Shown: positions 40,171 to 51,769 of the stretch, in pieces | Numbering within the stretch: the stretch's first letter is position 1 | How the letters are laid out: every line of letters begins with the position of its first letter | Made by a program: the position numbers and the translations under genes | The notes under the pieces: model-generated | What the model was told of the DNA's origin: nothing | The model's input: only the letters and a program-made list of their open reading frames with translations | Database searches by the model: none | Source of the DNA: Campylobacter sp. | GTDB lineage: Bacteria; Campylobacterota; Campylobacteria; Campylobacterales; Campylobacteraceae | Direction of reading: 5' to 3' | Assembly (NCBI RefSeq): GCF_052169515.1 | Contig: NZ_JBQNCH010000013.1 | Coordinates: 2,577-66,576 of the forward strand | DNA length: 64,000 nt

Positions 40171-41750
40171 TGCGTAACGCAAGAGTTACATATAGGCTGA
40201 TTATTTTATTATTGGCCTTAGTTTTTGGTTTTGGCTTTTCTGTGCCATCTTTTTTTCAGACTCAAAGCGGAGCTAAAATTTCGCTAGGACTTGACCTTCA
40301 AGGTGGTCTTCATATGCTTCTTGGCGTTGAGACTGACGAGGCTATTCACTCTAAGATCAAGTCAATTGCTGGAAGTATAAATTACTACGCTAAAAAAGAA
40401 GATGTGCTCATTAATAAATTTAAGATCAAAGAAGAGAGTATAGATTTTACCCTACTTGATGGTGATGAGGCTCCAAAAGTAGATAAGGCTTTGGCTGAGA
40501 TAAAAGGTCTTGAGATTAAAAAAGATGGACTAAATTATCATATTACGCTAAGCGAGCAAGAGAAACTCGACACGATCGAGTATGCGATCTCACAAGCCGT
40601 TGAGACTATTAGAAACAGGCTTGATCAGTTTGGCTTAGCTGAGCCAACCGTTGCAAGACAAGGCAAAGATAATATCTTAGTCGAACTTCCTGGCATAAAG
40701 ACCGAAGAGGATGAGCAAAGAGCAAGAGATCTCATCGCAAAAGCTGCTCACTTGCAACTTATGGCAGTTGATGATAAGAGGCAAGATCAGGCAAACACTA
40801 TGAGTGAGGCTGAGGCAGAAAGCTACGGCGACGTGATCTACAAAGACGCTAAAAACGACCGTGTAAAATATGTCGTTAAAAATATTCCTGTGCTTGATGG
40901 CTCGATGCTAACTGATGCAAAAGTCGCATTTTCTCAGCAAAATAACCTACCGATCATAAATTTCACACTAAATTCAGAAGGTGCTAGAATTTTTGGTGAT
41001 TTTACCGGTGCAAATGTCGGCAAAAGACTTGCTATCGTGCTTGATGGTAAGGTTTATTCAGCTCCAGTTATTAACGAAAGAATAGGTGGCGGTAGCGGCC
41101 AGATAAGTGGTGGCTTTACGCTTGATGAGGCTCACGACGTGGCGATCGCTCTTAGAAGCGGTGCACTTTTAGCACCTGTTAAGATGCTAGAAAAAAGAAG
41201 TGTTGGCCCATCTTTAGGGCAAGAGAGTATCAATCAAAGCATGATAGCTCTTGCTGCTGGATCGGTTTTGGTTGTGCTATTTATGCTAGTTTACTACGGA
41301 ATTTCTGGCGTTTTTGCAAATATCGCACTAGTTGCAGACGTCGTTATATTAGTCGCTGTCATGGCGCTTTTTGGAGCGACACTTACTTTGCCAGGTATGG
41401 CTGGTATCGTCTTAACGATTGGTATGGCTGTCGATGCAAACGTCATCATAAATGAACGTATACGTGAGCTTTTGCGTAACGGAGCGGCGATAAGAACAGC
41501 CGTGCAAAAGGGATATGAGCATGCTATGAGCGCGATTATCGACTCAAACCTAACGACTATCATCACAGTTGTGGTGCTTTACGCATACGGTACTGGGCCA
41601 GTTAAGGGCTTTGCGGTAACTATGGCGATAGGCATAATGGCTTCTATGCTAACAGCTATTTTAGGTACTCACGGTATGTTTGACGCGGTCATGGATAAGA
41701 TAGAAAAAAGCGGAAATACCAGACTTTGGTTTGGTTATAAAAGGAGCTAG
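40170..41750 (+). CDS. secD: Protein translocase subunit SecD
   Basis: LGLDLQGG, IRNRLDQFGLAEP, VGPSLG, GMAVDANVIINERIRE. Confidence 0.97.
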   Translation: MRNARVTYRLIILLLALVFGFGFSVPSFFQTQSGAKISLGLDLQGGLHMLLGVETDEAIHSKIKSIAGSINYYAKKEDVLINKFKIKEESIDFTLLDGDEAPKVDKALAEIKGLEIKKDGLNYHITLSEQEKLDTIEYAISQAVETIRNRLDQFGLAEPTVARQGKDNILVELPGIKTEEDEQRARDLIAKAAHLQLMAVDDKRQDQANTMSEAEAESYGDVIYKDAKNDRVKYVVKNIPVLDGSMLTDAKVAFSQQNNLPIINFTLNSEGARIFGDFTGANVGKRLAIVLDGKVYSAPVINERIGGGSGQISGGFTLDEAHDVAIALRSGALLAPVKMLEKRSVGPSLGQESINQSMIALAAGSVLVVLFMLVYYGISGVFANIALVADVVILVAVMALFGATLTLPGMAGIVLTIGMAVDANVIINERIRELLRNGAAIRTAVQKGYEHAMSAIIDSNLTTIITVVVLYAYGTGPVKGFAVTMAIGIMASMLTAILGTHGMFDAVMDKIEKSGNTRLWFGYKRS

Positions 41751-41752
41751 AG

Positions 41753-42724
41753 ATGCAAATTTTTTCTAAAGCAAGAGTTTACGATTTTATGCGGTTTAGA
41801 TTTGCTTCACTGGCACTTTCTATGTTTTTATTTGTTGGCTCTATCGTTTTACTTGCGACAAAGGGGCTAAACTATGGCATCGATTTCTCTGGTGGTACAC
41901 TAATTCAACTAAGATATGATGCCAAGGCACCACTTGATAAAATTCGTGACGCTTTTAATGTCAACGAAGTCTTGAAAAATGCCTCTGTTACTGAGTTTGG
42001 AAATGATGATGAGGTGGTTATTAGATTTTCAGGCTCAAGCTCAAATTTAACCGGCGACATCGGTGCTGAGATAAAGCAAATTTTAAAAGACACTGGAAAT
42101 TTTGAAGTAAGACGCGTTGATATAGTTGGTCCAAAGGTTGGCGATGAGCTTAGACAAAAGGGTTTAATGGCTCTTGGAATTTCTCTAATTGGTGTGTTAA
42201 TTTACATCACATTTAGATTTGAGTGGCGTTTTGCGCTAGCTGCAATCGCAACTGAAATTCACGATATCATCATAACCGTTGGTGCTATTTCGTTATTTGA
42301 TATAGATGTAAATTTAGATACTTTAGCAGCTGTTTTAACAGTGCTTGGCTACTCGCTAAATGATACTATCATCATTTTTGATAGGATTAGAGAAGGCATC
42401 AAAGAGAGCAAGAGGACTGATATTGAAGGCGTTATAAATGAGTCAGTATCAGCTACGCTTTCAAGGACTATTCTAACTTCTGCAACTACGATGATGACGG
42501 TTCTTGTGCTATTTTTATTTGGTGGAGATATGATACATGGATTTTCATTTATCCTTATCGTTGGTATTATCATAGGAACGATCAGCTCGATCTACATCTC
42601 TTCGCCGTTTCTTATCTGGTTTAAATTTAGCATTGAGCATTTTAGAGCCAGAGAGACCGAGAAGCAAAGGATCAGAAAAGAGCGCGAAAAAGAGCGCGCT
42701 ATGTTTGAAAAAGGTGTTGTGTAA
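41753..42724 (+). CDS. secF: Protein translocase subunit SecF
   Basis: GIDFSGG, VGPKVG, GYSLNDTIIIFDRIRE. Confidence 0.97.
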   Translation: MQIFSKARVYDFMRFRFASLALSMFLFVGSIVLLATKGLNYGIDFSGGTLIQLRYDAKAPLDKIRDAFNVNEVLKNASVTEFGNDDEVVIRFSGSSSNLTGDIGAEIKQILKDTGNFEVRRVDIVGPKVGDELRQKGLMALGISLIGVLIYITFRFEWRFALAAIATEIHDIIITVGAISLFDIDVNLDTLAAVLTVLGYSLNDTIIIFDRIREGIKESKRTDIEGVINESVSATLSRTILTSATTMMTVLVLFLFGGDMIHGFSFILIVGIIIGTISSIYISSPFLIWFKFSIEHFRARETEKQRIRKEREKERAMFEKGVV

Positions 42725-42733
42725 GGAGGGATA

Positions 42734-43072
42734 ATGAACTGGGGAAAGGTTATCTACATATTTTTTGCGCTGATGAGTCTTACGACCACGGCGGAGTTTT
42801 TATATGATAAAAACGAGATTGCCCTTTTTGTGGCAGCTAGTATAAATTTAGTTTCTACGCTACTTAAGATCGGCGTTAAAAATTTACTTTCAGCTGAGCT
42901 TTTTGCAAGCTCGCTGGTTGCTGACTTGCACCTTATACCAGCCTTTGTTATATTGCAAGTCTCTGAAAATATGACCCTTAGCTACTCGCTAGCCATTGGT
43001 GCGGTCATTGCAAATATATTTTCACTAGCCTTGGTTTTAATAGAGTCAAGTAAATCACAAGAAGAATTTTAG
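42734..43072 (+). CDS. Small conserved membrane protein (DUF6394-like)
   Basis: 112 aa, ~4 hydrophobic helices, SD AAGGAGG. Confidence 0.75.
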   Translation: MNWGKVIYIFFALMSLTTTAEFLYDKNEIALFVAASINLVSTLLKIGVKNLLSAELFASSLVADLHLIPAFVILQVSENMTLSYSLAIGAVIANIFSLALVLIESSKSQEEF

Positions 43073-43080
43073 GAGAAAAA

Positions 43081-45546
43081 ATGGCTGAGAAGATAAAATA
43101 TGAGCCTTTAAAGATAGAAAAAAAATGGCAAGAAATGTGGGACAAAAATGAAGAATTTGAGCCAAAAGACGACCTAAGCTTGCCAAAAAAATATATCCTA
43201 AGTATGTTTCCATACCCAAGCGGTCGCATACATATGGGGCATGTGAGAAACTACTCTATCGGCGATGCACTGGCTAGGTCATATAGAAAAAGCGGCTACA
43301 ACGTGCTTCATCCTATCGGCTTTGATAGCTTTGGTATGCCAGCTGAAAACGCAGCCATAAAACATAAAATTCACCCTAAAATTTGGACTTATGAAAATAT
43401 CGATTATATGAAAAAAGAGTTAGCAAGCCTTGGCTTTTCGTTTTCTAAAAAGAGAATTTTAGCCACATCTGACCCACTTTACACAAAGTGGGAGCAAAGC
43501 TTTTTTATAAAGATGTTTGAGAAAGGACTTGTTTATAGAAAAAGTGCCGTAGTAAACTGGTGCGAGTACGATCAAACCGTGCTTGCAAACGAGCAAGTAG
43601 AGGACGGCAAATGTTGGAGATGCGGCAACGAAGTAGTGCAAAAAGAGCTTCCAGGATATTACTTTAACATCACAAAATACGCTAGCGAGCTACTAGATGA
43701 TCTAAAAACGCTTGAAGGTAAATGGCCAAATCAAGTCATCACAATGCAAGAAAACTGGATCGGTAGAAGCTACGGCTTGGAGTTTAAATTTAGCCTTGAT
43801 GAGGCATCAAAAGAGACTTTGGGTGATAAATTTGATGGCTTTGAAGTATTTACAACAAGGCCTGATACGATTTACGGCGTTAGCTACACAGCCCTTGCGC
43901 CAGAGCATCCTATCGTAAAAGCACTACTTGAAAACGCCAAATTTGATGAAAATAAAAAGGCAAAGATAAAAGCCATACTTAATCAAAGCCCAAGAGAGCG
44001 TCAAGCGAGCGAAAAAGATGGAGAGTTTTTAGGAATTTATGTCGTTCATCCGCTCACAAATGAAAAGATCCCAGTTTGGGTTGCAAATTTCATCCTAGCT
44101 GACTACGGCAGTGGCGCTATCATGGCTGTTCCTGCGCACGATCAAAGAGACTTCGAGTTTGCAACTAAATTTAATCTACCTATAAAACCAGTCGTAAAGC
44201 CACTTGAAGGTGAGAGTGACGGCTCTAAGGCGTATTCGGAGTATGGAATTTCTATAAATTCTGAGCTGATTAATGGTCTTGGCTCAGAGGAAGCTAAAAG
44301 CTTTATAATAGAAAAATTTGAAAAAGATGGGTTAGGTAAAAGGATCACAAACTACAAACTAAGAGACTGGGGAATTTCTCGCCAAAGATACTGGGGTGCG
44401 CCAATACCAGTCGTGCACTGCAAATGCTGCGGCGTAGTGCCTGAAAAAGAGGAAAATTTGCCTATTGCGCTACCAGAAGATGTTGAAATCACAGGCGAGG
44501 GCAACCCACTTGACAAACACCCAACTTGGAAATTTAAAAAGTGTCCAAAATGCGGCAAAGACGCGATCAGAGAGACTGATACGATGGATACATTTGTGGA
44601 GAGTAGCTGGTATTTTGCTAGATTTGCAAGTGATGAGAAGACGTGGGAACAAAAAGCGCTTGATGAAAAGAGTGTAAACTACTGGATGAATGTAGATCAA
44701 TACATCGGCGGCATAGAACATGCGATCTTGCACCTTTTATACGCTAGATTTTTCCAAAAGGTCTTAAGAGATCTAGGCCATCTAAGAGACGATGAACCAT
44801 TTGAAAATTTGCTAACTCAAGGCATGGTTTTAAAAGATGGCAAAAAGATGAGTAAAAGTAAGGGCAATGTTGTAGATCCTGACGATATCATCAATAAATA
44901 TGGCGCCGATACGGCAAGACTGTTTATTCTATTTGCTGCTCCTCCTCAAAAAGAGCTTGAGTGGAATGACAGTGCAGTTGAAGGTGCGTTTAGGTTTTTA
45001 AATAGGCTTTGGGAAAAAGCGCAAACTATCAAAAAGATGGATAAAATCCCAGCCATAAATCACGAAAATTTAAACAAAGATGAGAAATTTGCAAGGCTAA
45101 AAATTTATGAAGCGCTTAAAAAATCAACCGAGGTTTTTGGCGATACATTTGCTTTTAACACATTGATAGCTGCGTGCATGGAGGCACTAAATGCCATAAA
45201 TGCTCAGGATAACGAAGATGTAAATGCTGAAGGCTTTTTCATTATCTTAAATTTACTTGAGCCTATCGTTCCACATATCGCAAATGAGCTCAGCGAAGAG
45301 CTATTTGGCCGCAAAAATTTTACAAAGCTTGAGATGAGAGAAGAGGTCTTCGTAAAAGATAGCATAAGCCTGGCTATAACGGTAAATGGTAAGAAAAGAG
45401 CCGAGTTTGAAGTGGCGGCTAGCGAGAGCGAGAGTGAAATTTTAAACGTAGCTAAACAAAACGTGGCTAAATGGCTCGAGAGTAAGGAAATTTTAAAAGA
45501 GATTTATATAAAAGGCAAATTAGTAAATTTTGTCATTAAAGGATAA
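43081..45546 (+). CDS. leuS: Leucyl-tRNA synthetase
   Basis: MFPYPSG.HMGH, FTTRPDT editing domain, KMSKS. Confidence 0.98.
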   Translation: MAEKIKYEPLKIEKKWQEMWDKNEEFEPKDDLSLPKKYILSMFPYPSGRIHMGHVRNYSIGDALARSYRKSGYNVLHPIGFDSFGMPAENAAIKHKIHPKIWTYENIDYMKKELASLGFSFSKKRILATSDPLYTKWEQSFFIKMFEKGLVYRKSAVVNWCEYDQTVLANEQVEDGKCWRCGNEVVQKELPGYYFNITKYASELLDDLKTLEGKWPNQVITMQENWIGRSYGLEFKFSLDEASKETLGDKFDGFEVFTTRPDTIYGVSYTALAPEHPIVKALLENAKFDENKKAKIKAILNQSPRERQASEKDGEFLGIYVVHPLTNEKIPVWVANFILADYGSGAIMAVPAHDQRDFEFATKFNLPIKPVVKPLEGESDGSKAYSEYGISINSELINGLGSEEAKSFIIEKFEKDGLGKRITNYKLRDWGISRQRYWGAPIPVVHCKCCGVVPEKEENLPIALPEDVEITGEGNPLDKHPTWKFKKCPKCGKDAIRETDTMDTFVESSWYFARFASDEKTWEQKALDEKSVNYWMNVDQYIGGIEHAILHLLYARFFQKVLRDLGHLRDDEPFENLLTQGMVLKDGKKMSKSKGNVVDPDDIINKYGADTARLFILFAAPPQKELEWNDSAVEGAFRFLNRLWEKAQTIKKMDKIPAINHENLNKDEKFARLKIYEALKKSTEVFGDTFAFNTLIAACMEALNAINAQDNEDVNAEGFFIILNLLEPIVPHIANELSEELFGRKNFTKLEMREEVFVKDSISLAITVNGKKRAEFEVAASESESEILNVAKQNVAKWLESKEILKEIYIKGKLVNFVIKG

Positions 45547-45549
45547 ATT

Positions 45550-46089
45550 TTGAGATACTTTTTAGCTTTTTTTGTAGCGATATTTATCTGTGGGTGTGGC
45601 TATAAACCAGTATCAAAGATCACACATGATCTAGTTGGCGATAAAATTTACGTTGATGTGATTATCAGTAAAGAAGAGCCAAAAAATAGTGTTTGGATAA
45701 AGGATGCTGTAAAAGAGGGTATGGTCGCAAGGCTAAATAAAAATCTATCAAGTAAAGAGAGTGCTGATACTTCGATAATTATTTCGGTAAAAGATTTAAA
45801 TTACGAAGCAATAATTTATGATGAGTTTGGTTATATCACCTCATATAAAGCATTTTTAAAACTAAACTATAAGACAAGATTTAAAGATGGTACTGTGGTT
45901 GATATTCCAGCTACTGGCGAATATGACTTTAGTGTCGCAAGACGTCAAAAAAGCGTAAGATACGCAGATAGTGTCATTAGCGATACTCAAAAATACGAAG
46001 CTATCAAAGAGGCGTCAAAAGAGGCCTTTGATGAGTATATCGCAAATTTAGCGGTAAAAGGATATAGAAATGGCAGCAGTAACCGTTAG
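45550..46089 (+). CDS. lptE: LPS assembly lipoprotein LptE-like
   Basis: TTG start, lipobox ..GCGYKP, position immediately after leuS. Confidence 0.8.
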   Translation: MRYFLAFFVAIFICGCGYKPVSKITHDLVGDKIYVDVIISKEEPKNSVWIKDAVKEGMVARLNKNLSSKESADTSIIISVKDLNYEAIIYDEFGYITSYKAFLKLNYKTRFKDGTVVDIPATGEYDFSVARRQKSVRYADSVISDTQKYEAIKEASKEAFDEYIANLAVKGYRNGSSNR

Positions 46090-47644
46090 TCAAATAGTCA
46101 AGGAAGCCTTAAATGAGATCAAGGATCGCCATTTGATGCTAACGCCTGAGAATTATACTGAGGTCTATAATGAAATTTCTAAAAAATATGGCTTTACAAC
46201 AGAAGAGAGCAAAAAGATAGAAAAATATATCTCAAGACTTGGTGATGAATATAAAAATCAAGCCATAAGCCTTCATATAAAGACGGTTGATGAGTTTGTT
46301 GCTTTTATAACTGCTAGGCTATCTAGGGGCGCTCAGCAAGGGATGGGTCTTGCGACTGATGATAAAAAGCTAAAATCACTAAACGCATTTGCTAGAAGAA
46401 TTCTCCAAGCTATCTCAATGCTTCACAATAAAGATGCAAAAACCTTAGCAGAGCAAAGTATGCAACTGCTTGCTAGAAGATATGATGAGAAAAATCTTGA
46501 CGATATTTGTTTGAAATGGTTTGACTTTATAAGCTCGTACGATACTGAGTTTTTGGAGTTTTTAAAATATTATGGCGTAAGAGATTTTGATGATCTAAAA
46601 ACCATGAGTTCTGAGCTTGAGAAATTTCTTACACAAAAAGATGAAAATAGTGAAGAATATGCTTTGGCTGAGCTTTTAAATTTTGCACTTGAGCCTTCTA
46701 TTACAAGAGAGCTTGCTGAAGAATTAAGCTCGATAAGAGGCATTTTAAAGCAAAATCCTAAAAGCCTAAATAGTAAAGAATTTCAAGAAAAAGTAAAAGC
46801 ATTTGTTGATCGTAGAATCGAAGAAGATAGAACAGAAATAATTGAAAAAGTTGGTTCGCTAAATAATATCTTACAAAATATAAGCGAGAGAATTTCTGAT
46901 ATTGCAGCTAGTTCACAAAGTAGTTCAGATAAAGTAAAAAGTATTAAAAATGATCTTAAAAATGTAAATTTAAACACAAACAGTATCGATCAAGTAAGAA
47001 GTATGCTTATTGAGATCGCTAGCGCTTTGGAGATCGAGAGTAAAGAGCTTGGCATAGAGATGCACAATAGGCAAGTTACTATTTCAGAGCTCCAAAATAG
47101 AGTGATCAGTCTTGAAAAAGAGCTTGAGGAAGCTAAGCTTGAGAGTAAAGAGGACTTTTTGACAAAAGTATCTACTAAGCGTGCTTTGATGAATGAGATT
47201 CAACGAATCGAAGAAGCATATAAACGCTATGGTACCGATTATTCTATCTGCTTTGTTGATATTGATTATTTCAAAAAAATAAACGATACTTATGGTCATG
47301 AGGCTGGAGATGTTATACTCTCGGCAGTAGCTCAAGTGCTTAAGAAAAATGCTAGAAAGGTTGATTTTGTTGGTAGATATGGCGGTGAAGAATTTGTAAT
47401 CTTGCTTCCAAGTACTGGCTTAAAAGATAGCGTTAAATTTGGAGATAAGCTAAGAAGTATGATAGAAAATTTTAAATTTATCTATAAAAATGAGCGCATT
47501 AAGGTTACTATTAGTTCTGGAATAGCGACAAGAAGTGCAAATTTAAGTGAGACAATGACGCTTGAGGCTGCTGATAAGATGCTTTATCTCTCAAAAGAAA
47601 ATGGCAGAAATCAAGTAATGCCAAAGATAATCGAGGATAAATGA
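46070..47644 (+). CDS. Diguanylate cyclase (coiled-coil + GGDEF)
   Basis: DFLT, DIDYFKKINDTYGHEAGD, RKVD I-site, RYGGEEF, AADKMLYLSKENGRN. Confidence 0.92.
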   Translation: MAAVTVSQIVKEALNEIKDRHLMLTPENYTEVYNEISKKYGFTTEESKKIEKYISRLGDEYKNQAISLHIKTVDEFVAFITARLSRGAQQGMGLATDDKKLKSLNAFARRILQAISMLHNKDAKTLAEQSMQLLARRYDEKNLDDICLKWFDFISSYDTEFLEFLKYYGVRDFDDLKTMSSELEKFLTQKDENSEEYALAELLNFALEPSITRELAEELSSIRGILKQNPKSLNSKEFQEKVKAFVDRRIEEDRTEIIEKVGSLNNILQNISERISDIAASSQSSSDKVKSIKNDLKNVNLNTNSIDQVRSMLIEIASALEIESKELGIEMHNRQVTISELQNRVISLEKELEEAKLESKEDFLTKVSTKRALMNEIQRIEEAYKRYGTDYSICFVDIDYFKKINDTYGHEAGDVILSAVAQVLKKNARKVDFVGRYGGEEFVILLPSTGLKDSVKFGDKLRSMIENFKFIYKNERIKVTISSGIATRSANLSETMTLEAADKMLYLSKENGRNQVMPKIIEDK

Positions 47645-48843
47645 ATCTATCTAAATTTCTTGACGGCAAGCCACTTTACTATAAAGAGATCGATTATGGC
47701 AGGATTATTAGAGCGTATGCGACTATAAAAGAACATATAAAGCCATTCAAGATTATTCATATAATAGGCACAAACGGTAAAGGTAGCACTGGACGCTTTT
47801 TGGCTCAAATTTTGAGTCAAAATGGTGCAAAAGTAGGGCATTACACAAGTCCGCATATATTTAAATTTAACGAGCGATTTTGGCTAAATGGTGAGGTCGC
47901 TAGTGATGAAATTTTAGAAGCAGCTCACGAGCGCTTGCAAGGACTTCTAAGCGATGAATACAAGATAAAAACGAGCTATTTTGAGTATATGACATTGCTT
48001 TCAGCTGTGCTTTTTGAGGGTTGCGACTACTTTGTCTGCGAAGCTGGTATGGGTGGTGTGCTTGATGCGACAAATGTTTTTGAAAAAGAGTTAAGCATTT
48101 TTACGCCTATTGGGCTCGATCACACGGCAGTTCTTGGAAATAGCTTAGAAGAAATTTCACGCACGAAGTTTGAGGCTATGGGTACAAGAGCTATTTTAAA
48201 TGACGAAATGAACGAGATAAGTATCGCTATCGCAAAAGAAATTTCAAGCGAGAAAAAAGCAGTTTTAAGCTTTCCAAGAGAAATCTTAACTGCTGAAAAT
48301 TTAGATGAGATAGCAAGGTACGCTGACAAATATAACTTGCCGGAATTTTTACGCTCAAATTTAACTCTAGCCTACGCTGCTGCTAAAATTTTAGATAACA
48401 AAATAGACATAAAAAAGCTTGGTGCTCTCACGCTTCGAGGCAGATGTGAAAAGATTGCTTCAAATTTATACGTAGATGTTGGTCACAACGAGCTTGGCGC
48501 AAAGGCTGTGGCAAATAAATTTAGCTCAAAAGAGTTTGGCGGTAAAAAGCTAACTTTAGTCTATAACTCATTTTTAGATAAAGATTTTAAAGCTGTTTTG
48601 ACAGCACTTAAGCCAGTTATTAATGATGTTTTACTCTATCACTACCACTGCGATGGCAGGGAGCTTGGCGGAGAACTTATTAATAAAGCTCTAAACGAGC
48701 TTGAAATTTCACATAAAGAGTTTGAATCAAGCGATATGAACGAGATAAAAGAGGCAAAAAACGGCAAAATTTATCTAGCTTTTGGCTCATTTCACTTGGC
48801 TGAAGCCTTTTTAAAAGAGTATTATGCAAGCAAAGGTTTATGA
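47641..48843 (+). CDS. folC: Folylpolyglutamate/dihydrofolate synthase
   Basis: IGTNGKGST, YTSPH, EAGMGGVLDATN, DVGHN, FGSFH. Confidence 0.94.
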   Translation: MNLSKFLDGKPLYYKEIDYGRIIRAYATIKEHIKPFKIIHIIGTNGKGSTGRFLAQILSQNGAKVGHYTSPHIFKFNERFWLNGEVASDEILEAAHERLQGLLSDEYKIKTSYFEYMTLLSAVLFEGCDYFVCEAGMGGVLDATNVFEKELSIFTPIGLDHTAVLGNSLEEISRTKFEAMGTRAILNDEMNEISIAIAKEISSEKKAVLSFPREILTAENLDEIARYADKYNLPEFLRSNLTLAYAAAKILDNKIDIKKLGALTLRGRCEKIASNLYVDVGHNELGAKAVANKFSSKEFGGKKLTLVYNSFLDKDFKAVLTALKPVINDVLLYHYHCDGRELGGELINKALNELEISHKEFESSDMNEIKEAKNGKIYLAFGSFHLAEAFLKEYYASKGL

Positions 48844-51769
48844 GTATCTTTTAGCAAATTCTCCACAAATTCTCATCTGCGAAGATGAGAAGGAGGCAGC
48901 TCTTTGTGCTGATGCGGCTAGTTTTACTGGTTTTAGTGCCTTTAAGTTGCCTGATTTTAGAGCCAAAAAGGGCGATGATTTAAGAAGCTTTAATGAAGAG
49001 CTTTTTGAAATTTCATCGGTTCTTAGCAAGTACTATAAATTTGATGGCAAAAAGATTATCATTAGTCCATTTAGCACGCTTTTAAACCCACTTCCAACGC
49101 AAAAAAATTTAGAGAGCTCCACGGTTAAGTTAAAAGATAATATAAACTTAAACGAATTTGCCGACCTGCTCATACGCTTTGGCTATGAGTGTGTAGATAT
49201 CGTTGAGAGCGTTGGTGAGTTTAGCGTCCGTGGCGAAGTGATCGACATTTACGGTGTAAACATGGACGATCCTGTTAGGATTTTGCTTTTTGGTGATGAG
49301 ATTGAGAGCATAAGAAACTACAATACCGCCACACAGATAAGTGACAAAACTGAACTAAGCGAGGCCGAGATCGTGCCGTTTATCGCAAATTTGAGCAAAG
49401 ATGAGTTTGAAAAGGTCAGCCAAAAGATCGAGGATATGCAAAGTGATGCCTTGGTGAGCGACCTAAATTCGCTTGGATTTTGGGCGATCGATAGCTTTAG
49501 TGACTATCTAAAAGAGTTTGATTCAAGGCTTGTTAAAAAGATCGATTTTGAAATTTATGACGCAGCAGAGGATAAATTTAAGGGTATTGAAATTTTGCCT
49601 GAGCCAAAGGTTTATAAAGACATCGAGGTCACTCTAAATTTTGACTTTTTTGAGTTAAATAAGAGCAAAAGCATAACTGTTCTTTCAAGAAATGAGGGGC
49701 TTTTTAAAGGTTATGAGCTTGATAGCTTTACAAATGTAAAGCTTGAAATTTCGCCGCTTGTGGTAAATATAACTTCAAGTGACAAGATAGTCGTTTCACT
49801 AAATAAATTTGAGAAAAAAAGACGAGTTAAACGCTCAAGTCTCGTGGTAGACGAGCTAAAAGTAAATGATTACGTCGTGCATGAAGACTATGGTATAGGT
49901 AAATTTCTAGGACTTGAAAAGATCAAAGTTTTGGGTGCTACGAAGGAATTTGTGGTCATTGCTTATCAAAATGACGACAAGCTTCTTTTGCCAGTAGAGC
50001 ATCTAAATCTAATAGACCGCTACATCGCACAAAATGGCTCTATGGCGGTGCTGGACCGCTTAGGCAAGGCAAATTTTGCCAAGATAAAAGAAAAGGTTAG
50101 AGAAAAACTCTTTGCGATCGCTTCAAAGATCGTAGCAATGGCGGCAAAAAGAGAGCTCGTGGCTGGTAAAATTTTGCAAAAAGAAGACATCTCTTATCTA
50201 AATTTTGTCCAAGACGCTGGCTTTTCATATACGAGTGATCAGCAAAAAGCGGTAAATGATATAAGGGATGAGCTAAAAAGTGGAAAGGTGATGGATAGGC
50301 TGCTTAGCGGAGACGTTGGCTTTGGTAAGACTGAAGTTGCGATGAATGCTATATTTACCTGCATAAAATCAGGCTTTAGCGCCTTCTTCTTTGTGCCAAC
50401 AACGCTTCTTAGCTCGCAGCACTACAAGACGCTAAGCCAAAGATTTAGCAAATTTGGCATAAAGGTCTTTAGGCTGGATCGCTTCTCAAGTGCCAAAGAG
50501 AAGTCGAGCTTGCAAAAAGCACTAAAAGAAAATGAGCCGATAGTTTGCGTGGGAACGCATGCGCTTCTTGGTGTAAAGGCTGAGAATTTAGGGCTTATAG
50601 TGGTTGATGAAGAGCATAAATTTGGCGTTAAGCAAAAAGAGCAGTTAAAAGAAATTTCTCAAAATTCACACATCTTAAGTATGAGTGCCACGCCGATACC
50701 AAGAAGCCTAAATATGGCGCTTAGCAAGATAAAAACATATAGTATTTTAGCCACTCCGCCAAGCTCAAGGCTGGATGTTAGAACAAGCGTGAGAGAGTGG
50801 GACGAAAAGGTCGTCAAAGAGGCGATCATGCGTGAGCTAAGACGTGGTGGGCAGACTTTTTACATTCACAATCACATCGCAGACATTGAGCAGACAGCAA
50901 ATGATCTAAGAAAAATTTTGCCAAAGCTTAGGATCTTGATACTGCATTCAAAGGTAAATGCGAAAGTTACTGAAGATGAGATGATGAAATTTGAGCGGGG
51001 CGAGTATGACTTGTTGCTTTGCACCAGTATCGTTGAAAGTGGCATTCATTTGCCAAATGCAAACACCATAATCGTAGAAAATGCCAATAAATTTGGTATG
51101 GCTGACCTACACCAGCTGCGTGGACGAGTTGGCAGAAGCGACAAGCAGGCCTACTGCTACTTTTTGGTGGAAGACAAAAACGCCATTAGCAAAGACGCTC
51201 TAAAACGTCTTGTTGCACTTGAAGGCAACTCATTTTTGGGCGCTGGCTCGGTGTTAGCCTATCACGACCTTGAGATAAGGGGAGGTGGTAACATCATAGG
51301 CGAGGCACAAAGCGGCCACATCGAGGCTATCGGCTATTCGCTATATCTAAAAATGCTAGAAGATGAGATCAACAAGCTACTAAATCAAGACTCCGCAAAG
51401 CTTGACAAGATCGATCTAAAGCTTAGCGTAAGCGCCTTTTTAAATCAAGAATTTATAAGAGAAGATAGGCTCAGGCTTGAAATTTACAGGCGTCTTAGCA
51501 AGTGCAAAGAAGTGGGCGAGGTCTATGAGATACAAAGTGAGCTTGAGGATAGATTTGGCAAGATAGATACGTTTACAAAGCAGTTTTTAGACGTCATTAT
51601 CATCAAAATTTTAGCTCTAAAAGCCGGCATAAAAACGATCTCAAACAGCGAACAAAACATACTAATAACAAAAAATGATGATGAAAAGATCAGGCTAAAG
51701 TCACGTAGCAAGGATGATGACGATGTATTGGCTGAAATTCTGGTCTATCTAAGAAAGGATAAGAAGTGA
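48824..51769 (+). CDS. mfd: Transcription-repair coupling factor
   Basis: CarD-like VVHEDYGIG, DRLLSGDVGFGKTE, DEEHKFG, SATPIPR, QLRGRVGR, TRG DLEIRGGG. Confidence 0.96.
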   Translation: MQAKVYEYLLANSPQILICEDEKEAALCADAASFTGFSAFKLPDFRAKKGDDLRSFNEELFEISSVLSKYYKFDGKKIIISPFSTLLNPLPTQKNLESSTVKLKDNINLNEFADLLIRFGYECVDIVESVGEFSVRGEVIDIYGVNMDDPVRILLFGDEIESIRNYNTATQISDKTELSEAEIVPFIANLSKDEFEKVSQKIEDMQSDALVSDLNSLGFWAIDSFSDYLKEFDSRLVKKIDFEIYDAAEDKFKGIEILPEPKVYKDIEVTLNFDFFELNKSKSITVLSRNEGLFKGYELDSFTNVKLEISPLVVNITSSDKIVVSLNKFEKKRRVKRSSLVVDELKVNDYVVHEDYGIGKFLGLEKIKVLGATKEFVVIAYQNDDKLLLPVEHLNLIDRYIAQNGSMAVLDRLGKANFAKIKEKVREKLFAIASKIVAMAAKRELVAGKILQKEDISYLNFVQDAGFSYTSDQQKAVNDIRDELKSGKVMDRLLSGDVGFGKTEVAMNAIFTCIKSGFSAFFFVPTTLLSSQHYKTLSQRFSKFGIKVFRLDRFSSAKEKSSLQKALKENEPIVCVGTHALLGVKAENLGLIVVDEEHKFGVKQKEQLKEISQNSHILSMSATPIPRSLNMALSKIKTYSILATPPSSRLDVRTSVREWDEKVVKEAIMRELRRGGQTFYIHNHIADIEQTANDLRKILPKLRILILHSKVNAKVTEDEMMKFERGEYDLLLCTSIVESGIHLPNANTIIVENANKFGMADLHQLRGRVGRSDKQAYCYFLVEDKNAISKDALKRLVALEGNSFLGAGSVLAYHDLEIRGGGNIIGEAQSGHIEAIGYSLYLKMLEDEINKLLNQDSAKLDKIDLKLSVSAFLNQEFIREDRLRLEIYRRLSKCKEVGEVYEIQSELEDRFGKIDTFTKQFLDVIIIKILALKAGIKTISNSEQNILITKNDDEKIRLKSRSKDDDDVLAEILVYLRKDKK

